Below are positions 30,059 through 41,529 of a stretch of 64,000 nucleotides of DNA, one piece after another. The first letter of the stretch is position 1. Every line of letters starts with the position of its first letter. Location of the stretch: contig CAWCNY010000001.1 in NCBI GenBank assembly GCA_963797095.1, positions 160,001-224,000 of the forward strand, given 5' to 3'. This stretch comes from an uncultured Chloroflexia bacterium (GTDB taxonomy: Bacteria; Chloroflexota; Chloroflexia; QHBQ01; JADMIH01). A model generated the notes under the pieces. It was not told the origin of the DNA, did no database searches, and saw nothing but the letters and a program-made list of their open reading frames with translations. Both the position numbers and the translations under genes were made by a program.

Positions 30059-30185
30059 GTAAGCTACCCCATAGCTAAAGCAAGGGGCTTTTGCAATCGA
30101 ACCTTTATCTGGCTTCCCACTGAAGGGATACACAGGTTCCCGCAAGTACGGCCAGCTTACATTGGCCCTGTTAGCCATGGCCAAT
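30059..30185 (-). mobile_element. IS200/IS605-family right end / TnpB 3' remnant (omegaRNA-like)
   Basis: AAGCCCCTTGCTTTAGCTATGGGGTAGCTTAC terminal hairpin; overlapping frame reads RANVSWPY...KAPCFSYGV like TnpB C-termini. Confidence 0.65.
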
Positions 30186-30431
30186 GTCGTTCCCGTCTTA
30201 CTGGTGCGGGTGAAGAATCACGCGGTGGGAGAGGTGGATATGCAAAGCAAGTCGCAGGCGCAGAGTGCTGTCAAAGCGAGTGTTCAGCACTGATGAGCCG
30301 GCGTGGCATGGCTCGCCGGTTGTTTGGCAGCCATCTTCGTCGTACGGGCACGCTGGTAGAAGATACAGATGTGGGGGTTGCCGGCGCGCCTACAAGCAGA
30401 TTGCAATATGAGTGTGACAGACACAACATCT

Positions 30432-30701
30432 TCAGACTACCCGGAAAAGAGAGTTCTTGGGCAGTTTGACCAGTTGAGACATCCCCCAGATGCGTACCGA
30501 CATATCCGTTGAAGCAGAAGCCAACAGATGGCCATTAGGCGACCATGAAACCCCTACCACCCAGAAGTCATAGCCGCTAAGCCTGTTCAACAAGGGTGGC
30601 GGAGATTGATAGCTACTGCCGTTGTTAGATGTGCAGCCCACGAAGACAACCATGCAGCTCAAAGCAAGGGCTAGAATGAGTAGCTTATAACGATGGATCA
30701 C
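30432..30701 (-). pseudogene. Truncated WD40-repeat lipoprotein
   Basis: FVGC lipobox; single repeat LSGYDFWVVGVSWSPNGHLLASASTDMSVRIW then ends. Confidence 0.7.
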
Positions 30702-32131
30702 ATGCTGCGCCTGGTGGCGTGTCGGGTGCGGGCTTTGGGCGGGCGGAGGGACTGGTCGAGGATCTGGACGGGGTGGAGAATGCGGAGGGGTTGGCCGAGG
30801 CGCTCGGAGGTGGCGGCTATCTGGAGGGTGCAGCCGGGGTTGGCGCTGGCTACTATGGTCGCGCCGGTGGCGAGGATGTTGCGGGTTTTGCGCTCGCCTA
30901 GCTCGGCGGCAGGCTCAGGCTCGATGAGGTTGTAGATCCCTGCGCTGCCGCAGCAGATGTCGCTTTCGGCGATGGGCACAAGCTCGATGCCGGGGATGGA
31001 GCGCAGGAGGTAGCGGGGCTGGCGGCGGATGCCCTGGGCGTGGGCGAGGTGGCAGGCGTCGTGGTAGGCGACTTTGGCGTTGATGGGGCGGCGGGGGGCG
31101 ACCGGGCCGAGGTCGGCGAGTAGCTCGGTGATGTCGCGGACTTTGGCGGAGAAGGCGGCAGCGCGCTCGGCGTAGGCGGGGTCGTCGCGCAGAAGATGGC
31201 CGTATTCCTTCATAGAGGAGCCGCACCCGGCAGCGTTGACGGCTATGTAATCGAGGTTGGAATGGTCGAAGGCGTCTATGAGGGCGCGGGCGTATTTGCG
31301 GGCGGCGTCCTCTCTACCGGAGTGGAGGTTGAGCGCGCCGCAGCAGCCCTGTGGTGGGACGAGCACGTCGCAGCCTTCGGCGGCGAGCACGCGCACGCTG
31401 GCGGCGTTGACCTCGGAGAAGAATACACGCTGCACGCAGCCTTCGAGGAGGCCGACGCGCGCCCGGCATGGGCCTTTGGCGTGGGTGAAGCGGGGGAGCC
31501 TGCGGCGCAGGGCGCGCAAGGTGATGGGCGGGGCTACGGATTCGAGGGTGGCGAGGCGGAGGGGCAGGGCGGGGCCGAGGAGGCGACGCAGCAGGGTGGA
31601 GAGGGTGCCTTTGCGGTCCTGTTGGGTGAGGTTGGTGGCGGCACCGAGGGTGCGGCGGACGAGGGAGGAGAGGCCGATTTTGCGGTAGAGGATGAGGAGA
31701 GGGGCTATTGCGCGGAGGCGGGTGGGGTAGGGAAAGAGGGCGAAGAGGAGGGCGCGAAAGAGGCGATCCTGGGGGGAGCGGGGGTAGCGGCGCTCGATCT
31801 GCTGGCGGGTCGATTCGATCAGCCTGTCGTACTGGACGCCGGAGGGGCAGGCGGTGAGACAGGCCATGCAGCCGAGACAGCGGTCGAAGTGGGTGACGGT
31901 GGTGGGGGTGAGGTCGATCTTCTGCTCGTTGGCAAGCTTCATCAGGTGGATGCGGCCACGCGGGGAGTCCATTTCTTCGCCCCAGAGGACGTAGGTGGGG
32001 CAGGTGGGGAGGCAGAAGCCGCAGTGCACACACTGGTCGATCAGGGCTTCGGAGGGGGGGTTGTGCAGGTCGAAGGCAGGTTTGTGCGTGTGAAACTGGA
32101 TGGGTTGGGCCTGGTTGTGTTGATCGAGCAT
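30698..32131 (-). CDS. glcF: Glycolate oxidase iron-sulfur subunit
   Basis: CVHCGFCLPTCP, DSPRGRI, CLGCMACLTACPSGV, two CCG domains. Confidence 0.93.
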   Translation of the reverse strand: MLDQHNQAQPIQFHTHKPAFDLHNPPSEALIDQCVHCGFCLPTCPTYVLWGEEMDSPRGRIHLMKLANEQKIDLTPTTVTHFDRCLGCMACLTACPSGVQYDRLIESTRQQIERRYPRSPQDRLFRALLFALFPYPTRLRAIAPLLILYRKIGLSSLVRRTLGAATNLTQQDRKGTLSTLLRRLLGPALPLRLATLESVAPPITLRALRRRLPRFTHAKGPCRARVGLLEGCVQRVFFSEVNAASVRVLAAEGCDVLVPPQGCCGALNLHSGREDAARKYARALIDAFDHSNLDYIAVNAAGCGSSMKEYGHLLRDDPAYAERAAAFSAKVRDITELLADLGPVAPRRPINAKVAYHDACHLAHAQGIRRQPRYLLRSIPGIELVPIAESDICCGSAGIYNLIEPEPAAELGERKTRNILATGATIVASANPGCTLQIAATSERLGQPLRILHPVQILDQSLRPPKARTRHATRRSM

Positions 32132-32151
32132 GGGTGGTGGTGCCTCGGTTG

Positions 32152-33420
32152 CTAGATGCCGCCCGCGAAGCGGCCAGAGTTGAGGGTGCCGCGGGGGTCG
32201 AACTCGGCCTTGATGCGGCGCATGATGGTTATGCCGTCGCCCACATCGCCCCAGGCTTCGACCTTGTTCCTTAGGGGTTGAGGGGCGCGCCAGAGCACAA
32301 GGTTGCCGCCTGCTTGCTCGGCCTGGGCGCGGATGGAGAGGAGAAGGTCGGCGGAGGGGTCGGGGCCGGTGTCGGGCCAAGCCAGGAGGGCGTGGCCGTG
32401 GCCCATGTGGGCGCGGGTGGTCAGGGAGAGGCCCGCTGATTCGGCGGCGCGTTGGGCGTGATCGAGGAGGCGACCGAGGTCGGCTTGAGGGGCGATCAGG
32501 CGGGCCAGGGTGGGGGCTATGGCGATTGAATCGAAGTGCTGCCAGAGGGTGTGTTCGGCGTTGGAGGTTAGGGTTTCGCCTTTGCCGAGGAGGGAGCGTG
32601 CGCGCTCGGATTGTTCGGAGGTGGAACGCTGGGGTCCTTCAAAGCGTGCGGCGAATGAGGTCGAGCCGTCGAGGATGGAGTAGTCGAGCATGGTGGGGAC
32701 GAGGGGGGAGTCGACTATGCTGGCGGCCATCGAGGCTGCTTCGAGGGGGGTGCAGTCGGTGATGGCTAAGGTGGCCGAAGTGGGGGGCGAGGAGTAGAGG
32801 CGGAAGGTTGCTTCGGTGATCACTCCGAGGGTGCCGAGCGAGCCTGTGAAGAGCTTGGGGAGGTCGTAGCCCGCGACGTTCTTGACGACTTTGCCGCCAC
32901 CGCGCGCTAGTGTGCCGTCGGCGCGGACGAACTGGATGCCGAGGAGCTGGTCGCGCACTCCGCCGTAGCGCAGGCGGCGCGGGCCGCTGTCGCCGGTGGC
33001 GATCAGGCCGCCGATGGTGCCGGGGATGGGAGGGTCGAGGGCGAGGAACTGGCCCGCCTGTGCTAATTGGAGGGCCAGTTGGTCGAGGCGAACTCCTGCC
33101 TGGACGGTAACTGTGAGGTCGCCTGCCGCGTGCTCGATCACGCGGTTGAGAAGGCTCAGGTCGAGGAGGAGGTCGATGTGTGGGGCGGGGTTGCCTCGAT
33201 CCAGCTTGGTGCCGCTGCCGCGAGGGGCGACTTTGAGGCCGAGTTCGTTGGCGGCGCGCATTATTTGGGAGACGGATTCGGCACCGGGCGGGTGAGCTAC
33301 AAGTGGGATGGAGGCATCCTGTACAGGGGGTAGCGGCTCGTTGGAGGGAGGGGTGAAGAGATCGGGGCCAATGCGCTCGATGAGGGTTTGGAGGTGGGTG
33401 GAGATGGTGGCGGGGTGCAT
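32152..33420 (-). CDS. glcE: Glycolate oxidase FAD-binding subunit
   Basis: PRGSGTK, GPRRLRYGGVRD, GGKVVKNVAGYDLPKLFTGSLGTLG, FDPRGTLN. Confidence 0.92.
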   Translation of the reverse strand: MHPATISTHLQTLIERIGPDLFTPPSNEPLPPVQDASIPLVAHPPGAESVSQIMRAANELGLKVAPRGSGTKLDRGNPAPHIDLLLDLSLLNRVIEHAAGDLTVTVQAGVRLDQLALQLAQAGQFLALDPPIPGTIGGLIATGDSGPRRLRYGGVRDQLLGIQFVRADGTLARGGGKVVKNVAGYDLPKLFTGSLGTLGVITEATFRLYSSPPTSATLAITDCTPLEAASMAASIVDSPLVPTMLDYSILDGSTSFAARFEGPQRSTSEQSERARSLLGKGETLTSNAEHTLWQHFDSIAIAPTLARLIAPQADLGRLLDHAQRAAESAGLSLTTRAHMGHGHALLAWPDTGPDPSADLLLSIRAQAEQAGGNLVLWRAPQPLRNKVEAWGDVGDGITIMRRIKAEFDPRGTLNSGRFAGGI

Positions 33421-33421
33421 A

Positions 33422-34879
33422 TCAGAAGATCTCGGCGAGGCCCGCTGCCTCGGCGGGGTGGATGCGGCGGGGGCCGGGGGTCTCGCCGCAGAGGCGCGGG
33501 GTGGGGAAGACCTTATCGGGGTTGGCCAGGTGGCGGGGGTCGATGGCGCAACGTAGTAGCTGCATGGTGTCGAGGTCTTCGGGGGTGAACATGGCGGGCA
33601 TGTGCTTCTTCTTGTCCATGCCAACACCGTGCTCGCCTGTGATGCTTCCTCCGGCGCGCACGCAGGCGTGGAGGATCTCGCCCGCCAGTTCCTCGGCGCG
33701 CTCAGGTTGGCCCGGAATGGCTCCATCGTAGAGGACAAGGGGGTGGAGGTTGCCGTCGCCTGCGTGGAAGACGTTGGCGACCCGCAGGCCGTAGGAGGTA
33801 GCGAGGCGGTCGATCTCGTCGAGGATGCGAGGGAGGGCGGTGCGCGGGATCACGCCATCCTGCACGTAGTAATCGGGGCTGAGGCGGCCAGCGGCGGCGA
33901 AGGCCGATTTGCGGCCCTTCCACATGAGCATGCGTTCTTCGTCGTCGCGGGCGATGCGTATGTCGGTCGAGCCGTTGCGGTGCATGATCTCCTCGGTCTG
34001 GAGGATCTGCTCCTGCACTTCAGGCTCAGGGCCGTCAAGCTCTACGAGGAGGATAGCACCCGCATCGAGGGGGTAGCCCGCGTGGACGGCTGCCTCGGCT
34101 GCCTGGATGCTGAGGTGGTCCATCATCTCGACGGCTGCGGGGAGGATGCCGGCGGCGATGATGTCGGAGACCGCGCCGCCCGCTTGAGTGGGGGTTCGGA
34201 AGGCGGCCTGGAGGGTGCGTACTGCTTCGGGTTTGCGCACCAGGCGCAGGGTGACCTCGGTGACGATGCCGAGGGTGCCCTCGGAGCCGACAAAGACGCC
34301 CACGAGGTCATAGCCGGGGCGGTCGAGGGCCTTGCCGCCGAGGCGCACGATATCGCCGTCGGGGAGGACGACGGTGAGGCCGGTGACGTGGTTGACGGTG
34401 AAGCCGTATTTGAGGCAGTGAGCGCCGCCTGAGTTTTCGGCGACATTGCCGCCGATGGAGCAGACCTGCTGGCTGGAGGGATCGGGGGCGTAGTAGTAGC
34501 CCGCGCCCGCCACGCGCTGAGATACCGACAGGTTGAGCACGCCGGGTTGGACGGTGGCGCGGAGGTTGGGGAGGTCGATCTCAAGGATGTCGCGCATGCG
34601 GCTGAGGCCGATCAGGATGCCGTCGGAGCGGGGGAGCGCGCCGCCTGAGAGGCCGGTGCCTGAGCCGCGCGGCACGAAAGGGATGCCCTCGCGGTTGCAT
34701 AGCTTGACGACGGTCTGGACCTGCGCGGTGGTGGTGGGGAGGACGGCCAGCATGGGGGGTACCCGGTAGCCGGTGAGGCCATCGGACTCGTAGGTTTGGA
34801 GGTCTTCGGACTTGTGGATCACGCCGTCCGCACCTACGATGTGGGTAAGCTCGGCGATGAGTTTGTGGAGATCAGTCAT
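33422..34879 (-). CDS. glcD: Glycolate oxidase FAD-linked subunit
   Basis: PRGSGTGLSGG, APDPSSQ, GGAHCLKYG, HAGDGNLHP, GEHGVG. Confidence 0.95.
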   Translation of the reverse strand: MTDLHKLIAELTHIVGADGVIHKSEDLQTYESDGLTGYRVPPMLAVLPTTTAQVQTVVKLCNREGIPFVPRGSGTGLSGGALPRSDGILIGLSRMRDILEIDLPNLRATVQPGVLNLSVSQRVAGAGYYYAPDPSSQQVCSIGGNVAENSGGAHCLKYGFTVNHVTGLTVVLPDGDIVRLGGKALDRPGYDLVGVFVGSEGTLGIVTEVTLRLVRKPEAVRTLQAAFRTPTQAGGAVSDIIAAGILPAAVEMMDHLSIQAAEAAVHAGYPLDAGAILLVELDGPEPEVQEQILQTEEIMHRNGSTDIRIARDDEERMLMWKGRKSAFAAAGRLSPDYYVQDGVIPRTALPRILDEIDRLATSYGLRVANVFHAGDGNLHPLVLYDGAIPGQPERAEELAGEILHACVRAGGSITGEHGVGMDKKKHMPAMFTPEDLDTMQLLRCAIDPRHLANPDKVFPTPRLCGETPGPRRIHPAEAAGLAEIF

Positions 34880-35085
34880 GGGAGTTGGCCTTCAGGTAAA
34901 GTGCCGGGTCGGCAGCTTAGTGCTTTCGCTGGTGGTTCGTTAGCCCGGCATCTTGCCAGTATGCCACCAGTATAGATCAATCGAGCGGGCGCGTGGAACC
35001 TCGGGAGGGTAGTAAGCGCAGTTTCGCCTGCACCCCCTTTACCACAATCAGCACGCGCCCGATAGCCAGGGGCGCATTGTCGAAC

Positions 35086-36324
35086 TCAGGCGGCGCGACC
35101 TTTGATGGCGTCTTCCAGGGGGGCGGCCAGGTTGGGCGGGTCGGATCGGCGCACGACGACTTCGGGGGTTTTGTGCCAGGTGGCGCAGTCCAGCAGCGCA
35201 CCGGCGACATCCTCGATGAGTGCGGCATTGGGCTTGATGGCCGGCTCAAGGTGCAGAGCCTTGACCTCGAACAGCCCCTCTTTGCGGTGGGCTTTAGCGT
35301 CGAGCCTGCCGATGAGGAGGCCGCGGCGCAGGATCGGCAGGGTGAAGTAGCCGTAGCGGCGCTTGGCCTCAGGGGTGTAGCACTCGATGCGGTAGTCGAA
35401 GTCGAACATGGCCTTGCCGCGTGAGCGGTCCCACACCAGCGGGTCGAACGGCGAGAGGAGCGTGGTAAGTGACGGCTGCAAGCTACCATCAGCGGCGGAG
35501 GAGAGCAGCGGCGCGCGATCGGCATGGACGTAGCCGGGCACCGTCCAGCCCTCGACCTCGACGCGCAGGAGTGCGCCTTCGCCCGCGAGACGTTCGAGCA
35601 GGGCGGCATTGCCCTTAGCAGAGGTGCGGAAATAGTCGGGCACCCAGCGCGCCTGGGTGACACCGAGGGCACGCACGGCCTTGAGTGCCAGCGCTCGTTT
35701 TACTTCATCAAGCGGTGGGGCATCGGCGTCATTCCACCAGGGCACAACACGCTCGCGCAGGTCATAGATACGCTGGAAGTTGTGACGGCGGGCGATCATC
35801 AGGTCGCCGAAGCTGTGCAGCACCTCCAGCGCCCTTTTCTCCGGCTTCCAATTAAACCAGCCGCTCTGCTGCCCGTCGGTCCGCTCGAAATCGGATGATT
35901 GCACGGGGCCATGCTCGCGGATATGGTTGAGAAGTTGATCGACCATCTCCTGGTGCGAACTTATCCAATCGGGGGCGCGTCTAAAAAGGCCGGTCTCACC
36001 TGCTACCCACTCTCGATCGAGCTGCATGCGCCGGTAGAGCGGGTAATCATCAATCGGCAAAAAGCAGGCGGCGTGCGACCAGTACTCGAACAGCTTGCCC
36101 TCGGCCAGCAACTCGTCGAGCCATTGCGGCTTGTAATCGCCCAGGCGGCTCCAGAGCACAAGATAGGGGCTGCGGGCGACCACGTGGATCGTATCGATCT
36201 GCAAGGTGCCCATGCGCCGGATCATCGCCGGCACGTCGTCTTTAGTGGGGGGCGCTGCAGGCCGTTGGTCCAGCGCTTGCGCCGCGACCATCAATGCCCG
36301 CGCCGCGCTGTGTGAGAGATGCAA
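35086..36324 (-). CDS. ycaQ: Winged-helix DNA glycosylase, YcaQ/AlkZ family (interstrand crosslink repair)
   Basis: LQIDTIHVVARS (QxD motif), FEYWSHAA, LLSPFDPLVWDR, YRIECYTP..KRRYGY. Confidence 0.92.
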   Translation of the reverse strand: MHLSHSAARALMVAAQALDQRPAAPPTKDDVPAMIRRMGTLQIDTIHVVARSPYLVLWSRLGDYKPQWLDELLAEGKLFEYWSHAACFLPIDDYPLYRRMQLDREWVAGETGLFRRAPDWISSHQEMVDQLLNHIREHGPVQSSDFERTDGQQSGWFNWKPEKRALEVLHSFGDLMIARRHNFQRIYDLRERVVPWWNDADAPPLDEVKRALALKAVRALGVTQARWVPDYFRTSAKGNAALLERLAGEGALLRVEVEGWTVPGYVHADRAPLLSSAADGSLQPSLTTLLSPFDPLVWDRSRGKAMFDFDYRIECYTPEAKRRYGYFTLPILRRGLLIGRLDAKAHRKEGLFEVKALHLEPAIKPNAALIEDVAGALLDCATWHKTPEVVVRRSDPPNLAAPLEDAIKGRAA

Positions 36325-36437
36325 GAGTGCTCCTTTGTGGGAGTTGGCCTGTTGAGAGACGCAAGCGGGTGTATGGGAGGCCCGAAAGCCGCCGTTTACC
36401 TTCCTATTGCCAGTTTACCGCATGACGAGCCTGGGAG

Positions 36438-36833
36438 CTAGCGGGCGCGATAGTCCTCCTCGGATACCGGCTCCAGCCAGGTAGGATTGCCAAAGGTTAT
36501 GGCGAGATGCTGCATGGCGTGCTCTTCCTCGGGGTGGGCACCATGCCAGTGCTCGGTGCCCGCCGGTATATGCACGACATCGCCTTCGGTTGCATCCAAA
36601 GCCCGGCTCCCGCGCTCCTGCACCCACCCGCGTCCCTTGAGGAAGTAGAGCACCTGCTCTCCACCGTGGGTGTGCCAGAATGTCCGCGCCCCTTTCGAGA
36701 AGGTCACCCGCGCGGCGCGTAGCTGACAGGTCTCGTTGGCGGCTACCGGCTGGAAATATGCAGCGCCGGTGAAATTATCGGGCGCTCCTTGTTGGCTCGG
36801 TATGTCGTCCGCGTGCTCTAAATGTAAGCTCAT
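36438..36833 (-). CDS. Cupin domain protein
   Basis: NFTG, ARTFWHTH..EQVL, GDVVHIPAGTEHWHGA, WLEPVS. Confidence 0.9.
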   Translation of the reverse strand: MSLHLEHADDIPSQQGAPDNFTGAAYFQPVAANETCQLRAARVTFSKGARTFWHTHGGEQVLYFLKGRGWVQERGSRALDATEGDVVHIPAGTEHWHGAHPEEEHAMQHLAITFGNPTWLEPVSEEDYRAR

Positions 36834-36851
36834 ATTTTGTCTCCTATTAGC

Positions 36852-38115
<1,264 letters not shown>

Positions 38116-38181
38116 AGATCTGTTCCCGAGTTTGCGTTCTTCATGGTGCTCCTCGTTCAAGTAACAGGCAAAATAATGAGT

Positions 38182-39677
<1,496 letters not shown>

Positions 39678-39727
39678 GTCCGTATTACCTGTCCTTTGAA
39701 CTGATCTGGAGATTCGGTAGCGTAATG

Positions 39728-39758
39728 ATTATATGAAAGTTAGAGCGCTCTAAGTCAA
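39728..39758 (-). promoter_or_regulatory. MerR-type promoter with 19-bp spacer and dyad operator
   Basis: TTGACT-19 bp-TATAAT; palindrome TTAGAGCGCTCTAA at 39740-39753. Confidence 0.9.
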
Positions 39759-40012
39759 GACCAAATTTGCCCTAATGTGGCAAGAAATGGACTATTGAGG
39801 CGGCCCTGAAAAGGGATCGCTGTGAAAGCGATTTGGAGGGCAGCAGATCGGAGTCCTGTTTTCGCTGCAAAGAGGACTCAGTGAGGAGCGGGTAGTAAAA
39901 GGTGCAGGCTGAGCTACTTGCGCATCGTGCCGGCGATGCGCTGTGGTGTTTCAGTAAGCAGGGCCAGAACCTGCGCGGTGGTGAGTGATTTGCCGGGCAT
40001 ATGGCGTCATCC

Positions 40013-40723
40013 TTAGCTCAAGATTAAGCGCGAGCGTTGGAAGCTGACCACTGATAATCCGAGCAGGATCGCATCCAGCACTGCAATAGCCGCCATTACA
40101 AGGAGCAAAAACTGCGAATAGGTTAGCGATGAGAGAAGATCCTCAGGCACCGCCCTTAGTGCAAGGACGCTCACGAATACGAATAGTATCGTGCTGATGC
40201 TGAGAATTTGCTGTGCCTGCCGCGCTGTCGATACTCTCAGCGATACCAGCACGCCCGCGCTTGCTGCGAGCACACCGACCAGCAGGCCCAGGATGATAGC
40301 ATATACGAACAGATCGAGAGGGTAGAACATCCAGTTCCCCTGAGTACTAAACAGGTCGACCAACACCAAGCCCAGCAATAAGCTGAGCACGCTCATGCCC
40401 CAGGCATACAGGACACCAGTTGTTACCTTCCCCAGCAGGATCGCTCGATCCGGCATGCGGCTGGCCAGCAAGGTTTCCAGGGTATGACGCTCGCGCTCTC
40501 CGGCGATAACATCGCCAATGAAACTGATAATCACATAGAAAGGGACCCATTGCAAAAGCAGCATTCCAAGTGGCGTGAGGTCCACCCACTGAGGCCCGAA
40601 CTGCAATGGGATATAGACCCCGATAATACCAACCACGATCAGGGGACGTATCAGCCACCTCCACCCACCCTGGAAGTACACGTCCTTCGATTCCTTCCAT
40701 ATCATTGTCAATATGTCGCTCAT
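40013..40723 (-). CDS. ABC-2 type exporter permease
   Basis: IAGERERHTLETLLAS...ILLGK motif. Confidence 0.9.
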   Translation of the reverse strand: MSDILTMIWKESKDVYFQGGWRWLIRPLIVVGIIGVYIPLQFGPQWVDLTPLGMLLLQWVPFYVIISFIGDVIAGERERHTLETLLASRMPDRAILLGKVTTGVLYAWGMSVLSLLLGLVLVDLFSTQGNWMFYPLDLFVYAIILGLLVGVLAASAGVLVSLRVSTARQAQQILSISTILFVFVSVLALRAVPEDLLSSLTYSQFLLLVMAAIAVLDAILLGLSVVSFQRSRLILS

Positions 40724-41165
40724 TTGCCTTCTTCCTCCATCAGTGTGAGGAACACATCTTCCAGGCTAGCCTTGCCCCTGCGTACTTCCTCAATTTCTCC
40801 GCCCGATTGCACGATCAAGGTGACGAGGGGAGCTATCTTATCCACTCCGCGTAGCTCAATGGTTAAGTGACCCCCGTGCAGTTCAGCCTTCGCCACCTCC
40901 GGTCGCTCTCGCAGCAATGCCAGCATCTGATCGTTGAAGCCACTTCCCACGATCTCTGCCTGTGGGCGGCCCTCCCGCACACGCAATTCATCAGGGCTGC
41001 CAACGACCAGCAATTTTCCCTGGCGGATCACTCCCACCAGGGCGCAGAGCTTTTCGGCCTCTACGAGATTGTGCGTGTTGAGGAAGACCGTAACCCCTTC
41101 ACGCGCCACCAGGCTTGCCAGATCATCACGCAATGCCGCAGCCGCCACAGGATCAAACCCGGCAA
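40720..41165 (-). pseudogene. ABC ATPase C-terminal fragment
   Basis: GFDPVAAAALRD D-loop remnant, TVFLNTHNL H-loop, SLEDVFL; no Walker A or signature upstream. Confidence 0.85.
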
Positions 41166-41529
41166 GTGGAGGTGCAGGGGTGGAGGGATCCTGCTTCTGA
41201 ACGCTTACTTGCTGTTTTCCGGCTCTGAATTGTTACACCATTTTTACCTTTTGTTAGCGGGTGTATACCTGGTTTTCTACCCCGGCGACTTATCATGAGT
41301 ATGGAAGGTGGGGTGCATGGTAAGCGTTAGTGCGTGCCGACCGCGTATGAGTGGAAGCAAGCGGTGAGGGCACATCATAGCGCGATGAGACAAGTACCGT
41401 GCCACACTTTTACTTTCCAGCAACCTTTGTCGCCGATGATCAAGGAAGGCCCGTCTTTGCGGGCCTGAGCGGACCGGCGGTTGTTAGTGCTGACATAAAA
41501 TAACGCAACTCAATTATTGGAGATTTACA

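Noticed and set aside
30059-30470. IscB left end with omegaRNA on the plus strand
   Set aside because: No PLMP/HNH IscB ORF follows; the minus-strand reading as a TnpB-type right end fits better
30698-33738. Long Pro/Arg-rich N-terminal extensions on glcF and glcE in the ORF track
   Set aside because: They overlap upstream genes and reflect the C-rich strand; true starts are probably 32131 and 33420
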